Below the pieces are notes generated by a model. That model searched no databases. It was given only the letters and a program-made list of their open reading frames with translations, and was not told where the DNA came from. A stretch of DNA of 64,000 nucleotides, taken from the human T2T-CHM13v2.0 reference genome, Homo sapiens. The stretch lies in the NCBI RefSeq assembly GCF_009914755.1, contig NC_060925.1, one strand, 5' to 3'. The translations under genes and the position numbers were made by a program. Every line of letters begins with the position of its first letter. Position 1 is the stretch's first letter. This document shows, in pieces, positions 55,331 to 64,000 of this stretch.

Positions 55331-56360
55331 CATTTGAGACTTTGTCTTGAAGAACATGAAATTTAAAATTATGAAAATAAATTCATTTTATATTTAACCA
55401 ACAAAAGGTAATACAAATAGTAGTCATATAATAGCCATCATGGTCAGTGCTACAGAGAGTCCTATCTGGTGTTGGGAGAGAAGATGGCAGGTAAACCTGC
55501 TCAGGTTAGTGGGGTTCTGAAACCGAGAAGGGCTTCACCAGGAGAATGGCATTTCAACTAAGCCCTGAAAGAGAAAGCTTGGTGAGAAGGGGTGGGTGTT
55601 TGTGGAAGACAAGACATTCCAGGCAGCAGGAACAGCAAGGCGAAGGCCAGAAGCAGGAGCGCCCCTTTGGTGGAGTTGAGGAATTACAAGGTTTGTATGT
55701 GGAACACAGAGTGGGGTGGAGGTTGGGCTTGCAAAGGATTTTAGGCCCCTCCTAGGAGCAGATGGAATCCATCAAAGAGTTTGGGCAAGGGATTTTTATT
55801 TTTAATTGGTAAGCCCCTTGATTTGGTTAAGTAGAAAGGAATGGAAAATAAAGTTTATTGAGGGGTTTCTATGTGTCAGCTGCTTTACCTACCATTCCCT
55901 TCTTGGGTAGAAGCCCTGTGAGGTCAGAATTACTAGGAGATGAGTTCCTTGAGGACAAGGATGAGGCATTCTCAAATCTCTGATACTAAGTAGGACACTT
56001 GGCTCAGATGATGTGCTCAATAATGATCCACATGGTTGATTTTACAGATGAGGCTCAGGGAGGTGAAGCCATTTACCCCAAGTGAGCAGGTGAGGAGGCC
56101 GTGCAGCCTAGGAGCTGTGCCAACCCTAAGCCCATACCCCTTTCTAGACCATGCTACACATGTCACAACCCCAGATTTCCCTGCTGTTTTCCAGAGCCTC
56201 TTCCCTGGGTCCCTCCTCCCCAGAACACTGGTGTGTGTACCCCTAGGCCCAAGGGGTGGCCAAGGGGCATCTGTCTGTGAGTGTGACTTTGCACTTAGGA
56301 GCTGGTGTGACCTCTGGGCTGAACGTGAGGCCCTGTGGTGCAGGACAGAGACTAAGGCAG

Positions 56361-56999
56361 TGTATTCATTTCCTATTTCTGCTGTAAAAAAATTACCGCA
56401 AACTTACTATCTGACATTTATGGAGGCCAGAGGTCCAAAATGGGTCTCACTGGGCTATAATCAAGGTATAGCCATGGCTGTGTCCTTCCTGAGGCTCCAG
56501 GGAGAATCTGTTTGCTTGCCTTTTCCAGCTTCTAGAGGCCACCTGTGTTCCTTGGCTGGTGGCCACCTTCAAAGCCAGCAATCCCATCACTCCAGCCTTT
56601 GCCTCTGTCATCACATCTTCTCTGACTCTGACTCATGCTTCTCGCTTTCACTTAGAAGCACCCTTGTGATTATTTTGGGCTACCTCAATAATCCAGGATA
56701 ATCTCCCTATCTTGAGGTCAGCTGATTAGCAATTTTTATTGTATTAAAATAAATAAATTTGTAATATAAATTGAAATGAGGTCTTGCAATGTTGCCCAGG
56801 CTGGTCTCAAACCTCTGAGTTCAAGTGATCCTCCTGCCTCGGCCTCCCAAAGTGCTGGGATTACAGGTGTGAGCCACCATGCTTGGCCTGATTAGCAATT
56901 TTAATTCCCCCTTGCCATGTAAGATAACATATTCACAGGTTCCTGGGATCAGGGTGTGGACACCTGGGGTGGGGAGGGGACATTATTCTGCCTAATGCA
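56361..56999 (-). mobile_element. MLT1-type MaLR LTR with an inserted antisense Alu monomer
   Basis: tgtattcatttccta...ggagaatctgtttgcttgccttttccagcttctagaggcc...ggattagggtgtggac-like end; TSD gctgattagcaatttt. Confidence 0.75.
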
Positions 57000-57945
57000 G
57001 GTGGGAAGAACAGCATGTAGGTTAGGGGCTAGTTCTCCTTGTGCCACCACATCCCCAAGAACTCTTAGGAATCTGAGAATGTTAAATTTAAACCTAGCCC
57101 CAGGTCATTATGAAGGTATATTCATCGAAGTAAGAGAACAGAATAGGATAGGATAGAGTAAAAACTGTATTTAATGGTTTGTTAGTTTTTAACTTTTAAA
57201 TATTTAGATAAATGGTATGTGGGCCTCTGTATACACTTTTGCCATCAGCCATGCAAATATTAGAGGTCCGTCTAACCCAAAGTCACATAGCCGGTGAGGA
57301 GTCAAATTAGAACACAGATGTGTTACTTTCACCACACAAGGCCCCTCTTCAAGGAGAAGTAAGGCACTGTCTTTCTCAGCTTCGAGGCTCTGTATCTCTG
57401 CCTGTTTCCTGGTGGTTACAGGCTATGTGCTCTGGAAACTCCTGCTGAGAACCTGGCCTCCTAGCCCTTCTGAAGCTGCAGTTCTTCTCTCACACCGTGT
57501 ATTGCCCTATGCGGATACCTCTCATACAGACCCTCCACTGGGCCGTTCAAGTCCACGTACTTATGGGTTCACCAGCTAGTTAGTGCCCCCAGCAGGGATA
57601 CAGAGATGGTTTAGTCACAGTCCCTGCTTGCAAGGAGCTCACAGTCTAGTGAGGACATCACACAAAGAAATGGACAGTGACGACCACACGAGAGACTCCT
57701 CCAGTGATGGGTGCACGATAATCTGGGGCAGATCTGGGGTGGGGTTAGGTACAGGCTGCTCAGAGGAAGTGATTCTCAAACTGAGTCTTAATGAGGCCAG
57801 GAGGCTGAGGGCTGGAATTTTGGGTTGGCATATTTATAGACCCTGAGGCTGCAATGGGGCAAGTTTGGGAAATCCCAACTCTGTCATGATGACTAGAACA
57901 AAGAGTAAGAGGTGAGAGGGGCCAGAAGTAAGGCTTAAAACACTA

Positions 57946-63696
<5,751 letters not shown>

Positions 63697-64000
63697 TTAA
63701 AAGCCACCATAGACAGTGCTTCTGTCTTGAAAAAAAGGCACTGAACTGGTAACAGTGGTGAACATGAAGAGGGAATTGGTGGGGTTGGTGAAGTGGGGAC
63801 TCACTCTGCAGAAGCTACTAGAGGCAGGCAGCCACCTGCCTTGCGAGATTCAAGCTGTGTTGTAAGACTGCTGGATTCAAATCTCAGTTCTGCCTCCAAT
63901 TAGCTGTGTGGCCTTTGACTAGTCATGAACCTTCTGTGCCATAGTTTCCTCACAAGTAAAATGGGCTTAGTAATTGTTTCTATCCCACAGGGTTGAAGTG

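Noticed and set aside
56036-56701. 221-aa ORF
   Set aside because: Runs through MIR and MLT1 LTR sequence; no recognisable protein similarity; non-ATG start

Overview
Human (primate) genomic DNA, very Alu-rich, identified as the 1p36.11 region because it contains the complete RPL11 gene (+ strand, 6 coding exons, 28724-33273, 178 aa). About 11.5 kb upstream, on the same strand, is a decayed but intron-containing eEF1A gene (7218-17204). Six exons survive at the canonical vertebrate eEF1A intron positions. The residues are a mosaic of EEF1A1- and EEF1A2-type states with a distinct C-terminus, so it looks like a dead third vertebrate eEF1A paralog rather than a retrocopy. Between the two genes, a MIR is split by a Tigger4 DNA transposon that is itself filled with about 10 Alus and a full-length SVA; the SVA shows a strong A>G substitution bias. 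Downstream of RPL11 are the antisense-Alu cluster matching the AD7c-NTP cDNA (frameshifted in the genome), an 18-copy 48-bp VNTR, a 62-bp inverted templated insertion and several local duplications. Nearly all other ORFs in the track are Alu translations. Repeat subfamily names and comparisons to reference proteins/consensus sequences are from memory, not from a search.
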